Positions 39,158-49,200 of a stretch of DNA of 64,000 bases are shown here, one piece after another. This DNA comes from an uncultured Thiohalocapsa sp. GTDB lineage: Bacteria; Pseudomonadota; Gammaproteobacteria; Chromatiales; Chromatiaceae. Position numbers and translations under genes: made by a program. Numbering within the stretch: the stretch's first letter is position 1; each line of letters begins with the position of its first letter. The notes under the pieces were generated by a model. That model was not told the origin of the DNA. It did not search any database and saw nothing but the letters and a program-made list of their open reading frames with translations. The DNA is taken from positions 520 through 64,519 of the forward strand of contig CAZGCI010000010.1 in NCBI GenBank assembly GCA_964524185.1, written 5' to 3'.

Positions 39158-40131
39158 GGTGCTGCGTCCTCCGGCGGTGCGTCGAAGCCGAGCCGCTCCT
39201 TGATCAAATACAGCGGCCGGCGCTTCACCTCCCAGTAAACCCGCCCGAGGTACTCGCCGATGACGCCGAGGAAGAGCAACTGCACGCCGCCGAGGAACAG
39301 CACGGCGATGAAGAGCAGCGTCCAGCCCGGCACCCACACCTCCGTGAACAGCCGCAGTGCCAGCGCATAGCCGATGCCGAGCAGCGCCAGCCCCGACGCC
39401 AGCAGGCCCAGGTACACCGCGAGCCGCAGGGGCACCAGTGAGAAGGACAACAGCCCATCCGCCGCAAAACGCAGCATGCGCCGCAGCGGGTACTTGCTCT
39501 TGCCGGCGGCGCGCGCGGCGCGCTGATAGCGCAGCGGCTCCTGGCGGAAGCCCGTCCAGGCCACCATGCCGCGCAGGAAGCGATCGCGCTCCGGCATGGC
39601 CAGCACCGCGTCCACAACGCGCCGGTCCATGAGTCGAAAGTCGCCGGTATCGACGGGGATGGGCGTGTTGGAGAGCCGGTTGAGCAAACGATAGAACAGG
39701 CTCGCCGACCAACGCTTGAAGCGCGTCTCCCCCGCGCGGGCCTCGCGCTCGCCGTAGACCACGTCCACGCCCTCGCGCCAACGTGCGAGCATCTGCGGGA
39801 TCAGCTCCGGCGGGTCCTGCAGGTCGGCATCGATGAGCACCACGGCAGCCCCGGACGCCGCCGCCAGACCCGCGCTCACAGCGATCTGGTGGCCAAAGTT
39901 ACGCGACAGCGACAGCACGCGCACACGCCCGTCCGCGGCCTGAATCTCGCGCAGCTCGTCCAACGTGCCGTCAGCGCTGCCGTCGTCCACATACAGGATC
40001 TCCCAGTCCAGATCCGACACCGAGTCGAGCGCCCCGCACAGGCGCGCATGGCTCGCCGCGATCACGGCCTGCTCGTTGCAGCAGGGGACGATGACGCTGA
40101 GGCTGGCGTTGTGCTGGCGGTGGTTGGGCAC
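39154..40131 (-). CDS. GT2 polyprenyl-phosphate glycosyltransferase (GtrB/ArnC-like)
   Basis: LSVIVPCCNE, YVDDGSADGT, LIDADLQDPPE (DXD). Two C-terminal TM helices typical of GtrB/ArnC. Confidence 0.85.
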   Translation of the reverse strand: MPNHRQHNASLSVIVPCCNEQAVIAASHARLCGALDSVSDLDWEILYVDDGSADGTLDELREIQAADGRVRVLSLSRNFGHQIAVSAGLAAASGAAVVLIDADLQDPPELIPQMLARWREGVDVVYGEREARAGETRFKRWSASLFYRLLNRLSNTPIPVDTGDFRLMDRRVVDAVLAMPERDRFLRGMVAWTGFRQEPLRYQRAARAAGKSKYPLRRMLRFAADGLLSFSLVPLRLAVYLGLLASGLALLGIGYALALRLFTEVWVPGWTLLFIAVLFLGGVQLLFLGVIGEYLGRVYWEVKRRPLYLIKERLGFDAPPEDAAP

Positions 40132-40149
40132 CCAAATACCTCGCGAAGC

Positions 40150-40360
40150 GCTGCCTCAGGCCGACGAGCGACGGGGCGCCGGCACGTCGGTAGCTCGTTC
40201 ATGGGCAAGGGCCGATGGCCAAGGGCCAAGGGCCGAGGAGCGGACTCGCACCCCTGGCATCAGCGGTTATGCCTTGGCCCTTCCCCTCGCCGTCGCCTGG
40301 CACAACACGCGTCGCCGAGAACTTAACGCATCCGCAAACATCTGGCCCGGCGAAGCAATC
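40150..40360 (-). repeat. Copy A of a ~210-bp structured intergenic repeat (sense orientation taken as the minus strand)
   Basis: The reverse complement aligns by eye along its whole length with 62022..62226. Shared blocks include GATT(G/A)CTT, CCAGAT(G/A)TTTGC(G/A)GATGCG, GCCAGGCG, GGGGAA(A)GGGCC, AACCGCT, GTGCCGGCGCCC, GTCGCTC, CTGAGGCA. Confidence 0.6.
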
Positions 40361-40457
40361 GACTTCCTTTTGGGCGAGAGCGGATCAGGTCGCGTCGGCC
40401 AGCCCCCTGTGCCAGGCTAGCACGCACTTGCAAGATCAGCGGCAGATGACGGTGAGA

Positions 40458-40469
40458 CACGCTACCGCC
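40458..40469 (-). promoter_or_regulatory. Exact 12-nt match to the ops element GGCGGTAGCGTG (RfaH-recruitment-type site)
   Basis: The minus strand reads ACGGGCGGTAGCGTGTCT. The TAG inside the motif is the stop codon of the epimerase gene 40462..41451. It is in sense orientation within the minus-strand polysaccharide operon. Confidence 0.35.
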
Positions 40470-41451
40470 CGTTGTTGGGCTCAGGCCGATGGGCATCCGC
40501 TGTCGCTACCATCTCGTCGACGACGGCGAAGAAATTCTGCTGCGGCCGCCAGGACAACTCCGCGCGGAGCCGATTGGCTCGGTAGCAGGCCGAGCCGCGC
40601 AGGCGCGCGAGCGCTAGGGACGAAAACGGCATGGGCCGGCCCGCGGTGCGCCCGAGCAGATCCGCAGCCCGCGCCCCCGACTCGAGCAGCCACATCGGCA
40701 GCGACCAGGATGGCGGCCTTCGACCAAGCGCCTGGCAAATGGCCAGATACAGCTGCCGGGTCGAGTAGTCCACCCCGTCCGCAACAATATACACACGCCC
40801 CTTGGCCGCCTCTGTCGTCATCGCCAGCCAAGCGGCCGCGACTAGGTCAGACACCGACACCATGGAGCGCCGGTTATGCGACTCGGGCAACGGCGGGAAG
40901 CGACTGCAGGCCACCGCGTCGACCATCCGCCGCAGATTGCCTTTCACACCGGGCCCATAGACCAGCGTCGGGCGCAGGACGCTCCCGTGCAGACCCTGCT
41001 CTGCGGCGGCCAGGACCAATTGCTCCGCGGCGCGCTTGGATTGCCCGTAGACGTCCGCCGGCGGCGCATCCCAGGTCTCGTCGACACAGTCCTCGCCGGG
41101 TTCTGCAGCCGCCTTGACGCTGCTGAAGTAGACAAACCGGCCGACGCCGGCGGCCGCGGCTGCCTCGAGGAGCAACCGCGTCCCGTCGACATTGAGTTGC
41201 CAATAAGAGGCGTCCTCGGTGCCGCTTTCGTCCGGCACGTGGGCCAGCCCAGCCAAATGGAAGATGCCGTCGATACCGGCACACGCATCGGCCGGTACGC
41301 TGCCATTGGCCAAGTCGCAGACCACGCGTTCCTGCCAGGGGCCCAGAGCATCATGATGCAAGAGCGCGCGGACGCGGCAGCCGTGCTCCGCCAGCAACCG
41401 GCACAGGGCATGCCCAACGAAGCCGTTCGCACCGGAGACCAGATAGTGCAT
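40462..41451 (-). CDS. NAD-dependent epimerase/dehydratase (SDR family)
   Basis: MHYLVSGANGFVGHAL Rossmann motif and YGQSK catalytic motif. Confidence 0.85.
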   Translation of the reverse strand: MHYLVSGANGFVGHALCRLLAEHGCRVRALLHHDALGPWQERVVCDLANGSVPADACAGIDGIFHLAGLAHVPDESGTEDASYWQLNVDGTRLLLEAAAAAGVGRFVYFSSVKAAAEPGEDCVDETWDAPPADVYGQSKRAAEQLVLAAAEQGLHGSVLRPTLVYGPGVKGNLRRMVDAVACSRFPPLPESHNRRSMVSVSDLVAAAWLAMTTEAAKGRVYIVADGVDYSTRQLYLAICQALGRRPPSWSLPMWLLESGARAADLLGRTAGRPMPFSSLALARLRGSACYRANRLRAELSWRPQQNFFAVVDEMVATADAHRPEPNNGR

Positions 41452-41459
41452 CGTCGCGC

Positions 41460-42518
41460 TCAGCCCGATGGCGGGCGTTCAAGCCCGCGGCGGTAGGCTT
41501 GCACCATGCTCGGTATCGCTGTCTCCAGGCGATGGCGCGACACAAAGGACAAGGTGTCCCGAATCTTTTTGGAGCTGTACCAGGCATCGCCGGCGAGCTT
41601 ACCCAATGCCGCCGTGGTCAGCGGCATGGGCCGGCCCGTGAGGCGCTCTCCGAGCGTGCCGCCCCAGGCCGCCAAGCGCCAACACCACAGGGGCAAGGCC
41701 CAGCGCGGCATCGGCAGGCCCAGGGCCAAGCGAATGTGCTCGTAGATCCAGCGGGTGGAATAGTCAGCGCCGTCCGTGACGAGGTAGGTTTCGCCGGCGG
41801 CCCGTGGGTCCGTCGCAACCAACAGGGCCGCGCTGACCACGTCGTCCACGTGGACCGCGGAGCGGCGGTTGACCAGCCGCGGCCAAGGCGGAAAACGCCC
41901 GCGCGCAACGGCATCGATCATCCGATATAGATTGCCGCCGGCCCCAAGCCCATACACCATCGGCAGGCGCAGCACACACACATGGAGGCCGCTGGTCAAG
42001 CCGGCTTGCAGCACCGCATGCTCGGCCTCCAGCTTGGCGCGCCCGTAGAGCGTCTCCGGTCGCGCGGGGGTCGATTCATCCGCCGGCCGCCCGTCAGCGC
42101 CGGCGGCCTCGCCCATCGCCTTGACGCTGCTTAAGTAGATCAGGCCAGACACGCCGGCGGCGACGGCCGCATCCAGCAGATGGCGCGTACCCTCCGCGGT
42201 CACTGGCCAATGCGATGCCGCCTCGTAGAGGTCGGGCTCGTCCGGTCGCGGCGAGTAACTCGCGAGGTGAAACACCAGCTCGACGCCCTGCAATGCTTGG
42301 CGCAGCGAGTCTGGCTCAGTCAGATCAGCCCGAATGCACGCGATATCGGTGTGCTCCCACAGCTGTTCTGCCACCTCCGGGGACCGCGTGAGCACGGCGA
42401 CCAACGCGCCCGCACCATGTAGCGCCGTGACCAGCTGCCGCCCCAGCTTGCCCGTCCCGCCCGTCACCAGAACGCGCGTGCCGCTGAGCCCCAGGTTGTC
42501 CGGCGCTGCGGCACTCAT
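41460..42518 (-). CDS. NAD-dependent epimerase/dehydratase (SDR family), second copy
   Basis: RVLVTGGTGKLGRQL and YGRAK catalytic motif. Confidence 0.85.
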   Translation of the reverse strand: MSAAAPDNLGLSGTRVLVTGGTGKLGRQLVTALHGAGALVAVLTRSPEVAEQLWEHTDIACIRADLTEPDSLRQALQGVELVFHLASYSPRPDEPDLYEAASHWPVTAEGTRHLLDAAVAAGVSGLIYLSSVKAMGEAAGADGRPADESTPARPETLYGRAKLEAEHAVLQAGLTSGLHVCVLRLPMVYGLGAGGNLYRMIDAVARGRFPPWPRLVNRRSAVHVDDVVSAALLVATDPRAAGETYLVTDGADYSTRWIYEHIRLALGLPMPRWALPLWCWRLAAWGGTLGERLTGRPMPLTTAALGKLAGDAWYSSKKIRDTLSFVSRHRLETAIPSMVQAYRRGLERPPSG

Positions 42519-43489
42519 CGGTCAGCCCACCGTCCGAGCTGCCGCCTGATCCAGGTCGCCGGCGCCACCAACGCAAAGTGCAGCCAAATCCCAACGATGA
42601 CGAGCAGACTCAATGGCAGCGGATAGTCGCGAAACTGGAACTTCCGAAAGAAACGGTCCATCCCACGATGTTTATGCCAAAGCACCGACATCGGCCGCCC
42701 GACACTGCATACACCCTTGTGGTGAAAGGCCTCCGCATCCGGGACCAGATAAATAGCCCAGCCCGCACGCCGAAACCGGACGAACCAATCCAAATCCTCG
42801 CAGTGCAGGAAATAGTCTTCATCCATGAGACCAACCTCGTCCAGCGCCGACCGCCGGACCAGCATGAAGGCGCCAGAGATCGCTTCAACTTGAATGGGAT
42901 GCTGCGGCAGCGGGTCGTGCGTGCGGTCAAGCCGTTTCCCAGCCAACAAGCTCGGCCAGAGCCGCTCGACGTACAGCAAGCGCGCCAACCCGATCCACGG
43001 GTCCGGGATCACCCGCCGACTGGCAACCTGCTCAGTCCCGTTCGGGTCGCGCACAACGCACCCGCACATACCGGCGTTCGGCGTCGCCTCCATGAATGCC
43101 AGCGTGCGCTCTAAGGCGCCCTCTCCGACGATACAGTCGGGGTTCAGGAACAGCAGAAAAGGGGCCTTCACCTCACCCATGGCGCGGTTGCTGCCGCGTG
43201 CGAAGCCCAGGTTCTGGCGGTTCTCTAGGATCTTCAGCCGACCATCACCGCCATGGTGCTCCCGGAGAAGTGCCAAGCTGTCATCCGAGGAGCCGTTATC
43301 GCTGACGACGACCTCAGCAGAGACCCTAGACGCCAGCACCGCCTCCACGCTCCGGCGCAAAAAGCTGCCGGCGTTGAAGTTGACGATAATGACGCCTACG
43401 CTCAATGCCTTTACGTCCGCAGTCAAAACGTCGCTATCTGTTTTCACCGCGGCCTCGGGACCTGATCCGACCAAAGCCTGATGCTGCAA
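42515..43489 (-). CDS. Glycosyltransferase family 2
   Basis: VGVIIVNFNAGSFL, VVSDNGSSDDS, and a downstream FLNPD region. Overlaps the downstream gene by 4 nt. Confidence 0.85.
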   Translation of the reverse strand: MQHQALVGSGPEAAVKTDSDVLTADVKALSVGVIIVNFNAGSFLRRSVEAVLASRVSAEVVVSDNGSSDDSLALLREHHGGDGRLKILENRQNLGFARGSNRAMGEVKAPFLLFLNPDCIVGEGALERTLAFMEATPNAGMCGCVVRDPNGTEQVASRRVIPDPWIGLARLLYVERLWPSLLAGKRLDRTHDPLPQHPIQVEAISGAFMLVRRSALDEVGLMDEDYFLHCEDLDWFVRFRRAGWAIYLVPDAEAFHHKGVCSVGRPMSVLWHKHRGMDRFFRKFQFRDYPLPLSLLVIVGIWLHFALVAPATWIRRQLGRWADR

Positions 43490-43619
43490 TATCTGTGGGG
43501 TCGCAAAGACGCATCAGGCCCGAAAAGGCGGCCCGCCGCTGTCTGCCGGAAGATACCAATACCAGCAATGGGCCACCCGTGACTCAAAGATCCCGCCTGG
43601 CATGAAAACGTACAACAAC

Positions 43620-44867
43620 TCAACACCGAATCCCCTTCTCTGACTTAACTGCTCCCGCAATCCGCCCTAACTCGCACAACAATTGGTCCGTTGTCTCCTG
43701 CCAACTTGGCCAGGTTGGAATACTGCCCGCCAAATCATCCACCGAGCTGGGATTGGCGGCGAGCTCTAACGCCACCCGTCGCAATGCCTCAGCATCATTG
43801 GGCTCGACGAGCCGCCCGCCTTTGCCATCCTCGACCATTTCCATGATACCGCCGATTCGGCTCGCGATGACGGGCCGACGATGCGCAAACGCCTCGAGGA
43901 TCACCAAAGGCTGGTTCTCAAGCCAGACTGACGGCAAGACGAGCACGTCGATCTGCCGAAAAAACGCTGCACGGTCTTCATCGAACAGTTCCAACGTCGC
44001 TTCCAGGTCGGGGTAGCTCGCGCGAAAATCGGCTCTGTCCGCCTCGGTTTCGAAGCCCCTGATGACAAGCTGGCGGCCAAGGCTGCCCCGGAAGGCCGGG
44101 GCAAGGACGTGCAACCCCTTCTTGCGAGCCGTGTTCCCGATGTAGCCGAATCGTATCCCATGCTTCGCGGGCAAAGCAGACACCTGCGGCGCTAGGCTCG
44201 AGCCGTTGCGGATGCAAGCAGAAGACGCGCAGGCGACGCCGCGTTCTTTGAGTCCCGCGAGCACTGCCTTCGACGGTGCAACCCAAAACGACACACTCGG
44301 CAGCACCCGCTTGATCACGTGGTTTCGCCATGCCATGGCGAGCGCGCCAACAATGAGCGCCAAGCGGTTCGGCGACCTCTGAAACCGAGCGATGTAAAGG
44401 CACTTGGCACAGCGCGACGGCGAGCCGCCGGGACAGACATCTGCATCCCAGGCGTACAGTGAGTACGAAGGGCAGGCCCAGTAATAATCATGCGCAACAT
44501 AAACGCTCGGGACCCCACGTCGAGCTGCAACCAAGGGCAGCAGCAATGACAAGCGAACGAGATGGTGAAACACCACGACATCCGGGCGAAATTCGGACAG
44601 CGCCCGACGAAAACGCCGCTCCACGTGCGGCTTACGCGTAGAAAAGAGCACCTGCGCCTTAGTGTCCAGATAAGGCACCCGGTAGAGCGGCACATCCGCG
44701 AGTCCCAGCATCGCCATTAACTTCGAGTCAGCATCGACGTTGCAGGCATAAAAGAAGGCAAGGTCATGCCCGCGACGTTTCATCTCGACTGCCTGCGTCA
44801 GTGCGACGTTTTCTGCACCAAACAGCCTGTTCGGAACAAAATTGTGCAGACAGATCAAAATGCGCAT
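43620..44867 (-). CDS. Glycosyltransferase family 4
   Basis: MRILICLHNFVP start (ATG 44867; an alternative GTG at 44885 adds 6 aa). PSVWLENQPLVILEAFAHRRPVIASRIGG motif. Confidence 0.8.
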   Translation of the reverse strand: MRILICLHNFVPNRLFGAENVALTQAVEMKRRGHDLAFFYACNVDADSKLMAMLGLADVPLYRVPYLDTKAQVLFSTRKPHVERRFRRALSEFRPDVVVFHHLVRLSLLLPLVAARRGVPSVYVAHDYYWACPSYSLYAWDADVCPGGSPSRCAKCLYIARFQRSPNRLALIVGALAMAWRNHVIKRVLPSVSFWVAPSKAVLAGLKERGVACASSACIRNGSSLAPQVSALPAKHGIRFGYIGNTARKKGLHVLAPAFRGSLGRQLVIRGFETEADRADFRASYPDLEATLELFDEDRAAFFRQIDVLVLPSVWLENQPLVILEAFAHRRPVIASRIGGIMEMVEDGKGGRLVEPNDAEALRRVALELAANPSSVDDLAGSIPTWPSWQETTDQLLCELGRIAGAVKSEKGIRC

Positions 44868-44884
44868 CGCGGGCCCGTCAGCCA

Positions 44885-45886
44885 CTATTCAACATGGCGG
44901 ATGTAGCGCTCGTAGCGCCAAAACAGGCCATCGCGTGCTGCCTTAGTCAAGAGGCGGCGCCAATGCGCATCGACGCCGTTCAGTCGCCAGACCAATGGCA
45001 ACAAGACAACGCGGACACCTTCACGCAACCAGCCAAATCGACGGCGACGATTCACTGCCACGAGGTTCCGGACCTTACAGGTTAAAGCATGCGGATCCGC
45101 GAGAGTCACATCGGGCTGCCATAATCTGAATCCGTCATTGGAGCGGGTTAGATGCACCACACGGCTCTCCGGCACAAAAAACCCGCAGTAGCCCGCCCTG
45201 CTCAGACGCCATGAATATTCGACGTCATCGGAGCCGAGGAAGAACTCGGCTATCGGGAGGCCACAGGCGCGCACGGCCGCCGACGAAATCAGCATCGAGA
45301 CAAAGGAGGCATAGTCAATCTGTTGGTGCTCGCAGGAACCCTCAGTCACTCCGCCGCTGCGACCGCGAGTGAAGCGCCCCGGCGCATTCATGGGATGGGC
45401 TGCACCGTCCGTCCAAACCACCGCCGACGCGAGGTAGCCGAGGTCAGCGCCCGCCTGCTCGGCGCAACGCACATTCGCAGGGGCAGCAGCGAGCAAGCGG
45501 TCCAGTGCCTGCGACTCCGGGAGGCAGTCGTCATCCATCAGCCAAAGCCAATCCGGCTGCAGCCGCAACGCCGCCTCAACGCCCGCAGCAAAACCGCCCG
45601 CGCCACCGCGATTGTCGTCCAGGCCAAGAACATGCAGGGGCGGCCATATCGCGCGGCGGAGCTCCGCCAAATAGGCTGCAGTTCCATCGCTGGACGCGTT
45701 GTCCACAACGACGACAGCGTCGGGCGGCCGCGTCTGCTCAAGCACCGCCTGAAGACAGGCCCGCAGCAGGCCAAGCCGGTTGTGCGTCACGACCACAGCG
45801 ACCGCGGTCACCCGGTCCGTTGAGGACTTCGGGGGTGTGGCGAACGGCGAGTCAGTCGCGACGGCAGTGATTGGGTACCTATCCAA
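44885..45886 (-). CDS. Glycosyltransferase family 2 (rhamnosyl/galactofuranosyl-transferase-like)
   Basis: VAVVVTHNRLGLLRACLQAV, VVVDNASSDGT, LWLMDDDC motifs. Confidence 0.8.
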   Translation of the reverse strand: MDRYPITAVATDSPFATPPKSSTDRVTAVAVVVTHNRLGLLRACLQAVLEQTRPPDAVVVVDNASSDGTAAYLAELRRAIWPPLHVLGLDDNRGGAGGFAAGVEAALRLQPDWLWLMDDDCLPESQALDRLLAAAPANVRCAEQAGADLGYLASAVVWTDGAAHPMNAPGRFTRGRSGGVTEGSCEHQQIDYASFVSMLISSAAVRACGLPIAEFFLGSDDVEYSWRLSRAGYCGFFVPESRVVHLTRSNDGFRLWQPDVTLADPHALTCKVRNLVAVNRRRRFGWLREGVRVVLLPLVWRLNGVDAHWRRLLTKAARDGLFWRYERYIRHVE

Positions 45887-46292
45887 GACGATGGGAGAGC
45901 AACTGCGGGTGAGAGGCCAATGAGCCTAAGCCCATGCGTACCCCAGAGAAAGCGTTCGGTCTACGGGGGCGTTCGAACGGCACTTAAAACCGCTGCGCCG
46001 CGAAGGAGGAGACAGACCGCTGTGCAGAGGAGTCAGTGACGGGTGTTCGATAGACCAGCAGCACCCGCTTGTCGCGACGCGCCGTCTGGCAGCAGCCCCT
46101 TTCCAGTCGCCGACTTGGGCTGTTCTGAGCCGCAAGGATACAACAGCACCCAAGGCCAAGCGGGCTTCGGCAACCGTCGGCGCCCAGGTTCGCGGCGCAC
46201 ACGGCATTCTGCGCAGACAGTCCACTCCTGGTATACCCTTGTGATGCGTCAGGTCTTCCGCCTGAGGCGCCAGATCGACAGAGGCACCTACG

Positions 46293-49200
46293 ATGTTTCA
46301 AAACATGGGCAATCAACAAGGCAGCGCCTGTCAGAACTTCGCTCGCAACGCCACCGTGCGAGCACTGCTGCTGATTGCTGTAGCGGCCTCACAAACAGCC
46401 GTCGCAAGGACGGACCCGATTACGCAAGACCACCCACTCTGGACAGTGATGCGCGGCACGGCCACCGTCGACGGCGTACTCGATGTCGGAGAGTGGTCGG
46501 GCGCAATCCCCATCAGACGGAGCCAGCCCTGGCGCGACGGCGCCGTGGTGGTCCGTGCCATGTTCGATGACCAGGGCATCTACCTCAGCGCGGACGTGGA
46601 GGACGATCAACTTTACGCCGATGGCAATGGGGGCGGGAGCGGGAACCGTTGGGAGGTCGAGAGTGATGACTCCATCACTTTCTACTTTGACCCCGACGAG
46701 AGCCGGCATGAGTATTTCACCAGCGCCGACCGTGCATTCGGCGTGAACCTGGGTAACCCCGCGGACCCGATCAACGGCCCCGGCGTGGTCCGACGCTGGA
46801 AATACGTGCAGGGAAATGGCAGCGGCGGCGCACCCGACGTCCTGCCGGGCGGCGCTCCGGCGACGGGCATCCGCTGGGTCACCGTCGCCCGTGGCTCGGT
46901 GAACGATAACCGCGACCAGGACGAAGGCTGGACTACTGAAATCTTCCTGCCTTGGAACGCCCTCAACCGCGCAGCCCCGTCCCATGGCGAGACCATGGGC
47001 ATGAACTTCGACGTCATCTTCGATAACGACGGCGGCCCACGCAACTTTGTCGACAACCGCCACAGCGATCAGCGCTTTGTGCTGCCCGCCTTCGTCGACG
47101 ATCACATCCTGGGCGCCCACAGCAGCTTCCACGCGAGCCTCGGCGGCATCCGAGGACCAGTCAACTACGCGCGCGCCATGTTTTTCGACCCCGCAAGTGG
47201 CACGCGCCCGTCAGCCGTCCGGAACCTGTCAGTCTCTTCGCCGTCCGCCTACGGCGCCGTGCTCGAATTCACCGCGCCGACCGGCACGGCAACCGGACGC
47301 GGCCAAGCACAGGGCTACGCTATCCGCTACAGCCGGGCGCCGATCACCACGGAGGCCGATTGGGCCGCTGCGGAGGTACTAGAGAATGCGTATAGGGCTC
47401 GCAGACCGGGCGCCCAGGAACGGTTGCGTCTCATCGGCCTCTCGCCGAACACGACTTACCATGTGGCAGTTCGCGCCGTGGACGCCGCAGGCCGGCTCGC
47501 CCCCTTATCGAACGACGCCAGCTTGCGCACCGCCCCGGCTGCTGCAGCACAGCGGGGACGCATCGTGCCATCACCCGGCGGTACCTACCTGCTCTTTGAA
47601 GACGGCACACCCTTCGTACCCGTTGGCGAGCATCTTGGCCTGAGTTGGGCCTACTTCCGCAACCTGTTCCCCGGTGATGTCTGGGACCCGGTGAACCGAA
47701 AGTTCCAGAACTACGCGGCGGAACCGTCCTATGAAGGGGCGGCCGGCCCTTACCTTGACGATCTGCAGTCGTTGGGCGTCAACACGCTGCGGGTCTTCCT
47801 CGAGGTCCTGGGGCTCGACCAAACAGGCAATCCGCAAGTCCCGCGTGGCCGTTACTGGCTCGAATATCCGGCAGGTACATTCAATCCGGACGCACGGCAA
47901 TTTATTCTGAATTTGCTCGAAGAGGCAGCGGCTCGGAATATCTACCTGATATTCTCGCCCTTCGACACCTTCGTCTGGGACGACGTCTTCTGGGAAGAGA
48001 CGCCGTGGGCCATCGCCAACGGGGGGCCGCTGACCGATATCAACGATTTCTTTCAGGACTCGCGGACCTTGGACATGGCCAAGGAGCGGATGCGCACATT
48101 GATCTCTTGGGTGCGGGAGAGCCCCCATGCCGATCACCTCATCGGTTGGGAAACCCTCAACGAGTGGGATTCCTATGAATGGACGCTGAATGCAGAGGGC
48201 GATGGCGAGCCAGGTCGAGAAACCGAAATGCGTCGTCGGGTGCAATGGGTGCAAGCCCTGAACGACTTTGTCAGGCAGCAGGACCCCGATCGCTTAGTCA
48301 TCTCCAGCACCACGTCCCGCGACCCCCGAGGACCCGTTGCACGAGCGCTGTTCTACGACCGGTCTTTTGATGTTCTCGCGCCGCACTTCTATACCACCAG
48401 CTCAGAAGAGCCGATCAACAACCCCGACGCCGACCGCTCCGTGCGCCCCGCGCTGGAGGTCGGGCGCCTGACGGCCTATTGGTTGACCCACCAAGACCAC
48501 GTCGCACCCCTCCTCAATGGCGAGTGGGGCATGACGCGCCACCTTTGGCCTGGGGCCTGGCCGAGCTACGGCCCGCGGTTCTCCCAGGGGGAGGACAATG
48601 TCATGTATCGCGCGGTGACCTGGAGCGGACTGGCCAGCGGCCAGGCCGGGCAAGGGCTGCGCATCGCCACCGAAGAGCTCATCTTCAACTGTCACAGCCT
48701 GACCGACGGTAGCAATCAGCTACCCGTGAAGTGCCGCGGCGATGACAGTGTCGACCCGGCTGCAGGCGCAGTCGTCCGCGAGGGCAGCATGAGAGATGTG
48801 CAGCAGACGCTGGCCCGTCAGGTTGCTGCCCAAGCCGTCGCCGACACGCCGCTCACCCCGGGCGGTGCCCCATTCTTGACCAACGTGCGCGCAGAAAGCG
48901 CAGGCAAGCAGCTGCACGCCTGGGCTTTCGGTGGCGCGGACGCGGGCCTGGGTTACATCCTGCTCGACGGCAACGTCAGCGCAGGGCCGGCACAGAGTGC
49001 TCGCCTCCGGCTGTTCGGTTTGCAAAGCGGTGCGCGCTACTCCGTCGCGTTTTGGGCAACGACCGGCAATCGCAATGCGCCTGTCAGCGTGATCAATGGA
49101 CAGATTGCCCGCGGGAGCGAGCTCTCCGTGGACTTGCCTACGTTCGCGAAGGATCTGGCCTTCGGTTATCAGCGCATGAGCGCACCCGTTGCGCTGCCGT

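Noticed and set aside
38009-39781. Several 300-560-aa ORFs (38009..38938 +, 38046..39071 -, 38102..39781 - upstream part, 38352..38969 +).
   Set aside because: They are alternative-frame or antisense ORFs with Arg/Ala/Gly-rich low-complexity sequence. The real genes are the UPF0104 protein (38102..39157) and the GT2 (39154..40131), joined by an ATGA overlap.
40215-41117. 300-aa plus-strand ORF starting inside repeat copy A and running antisense to the epimerase gene.
   Set aside because: It starts in a non-coding repeat, has Pro/Arg/Ala-rich composition, and is antisense to a clear SDR epimerase.
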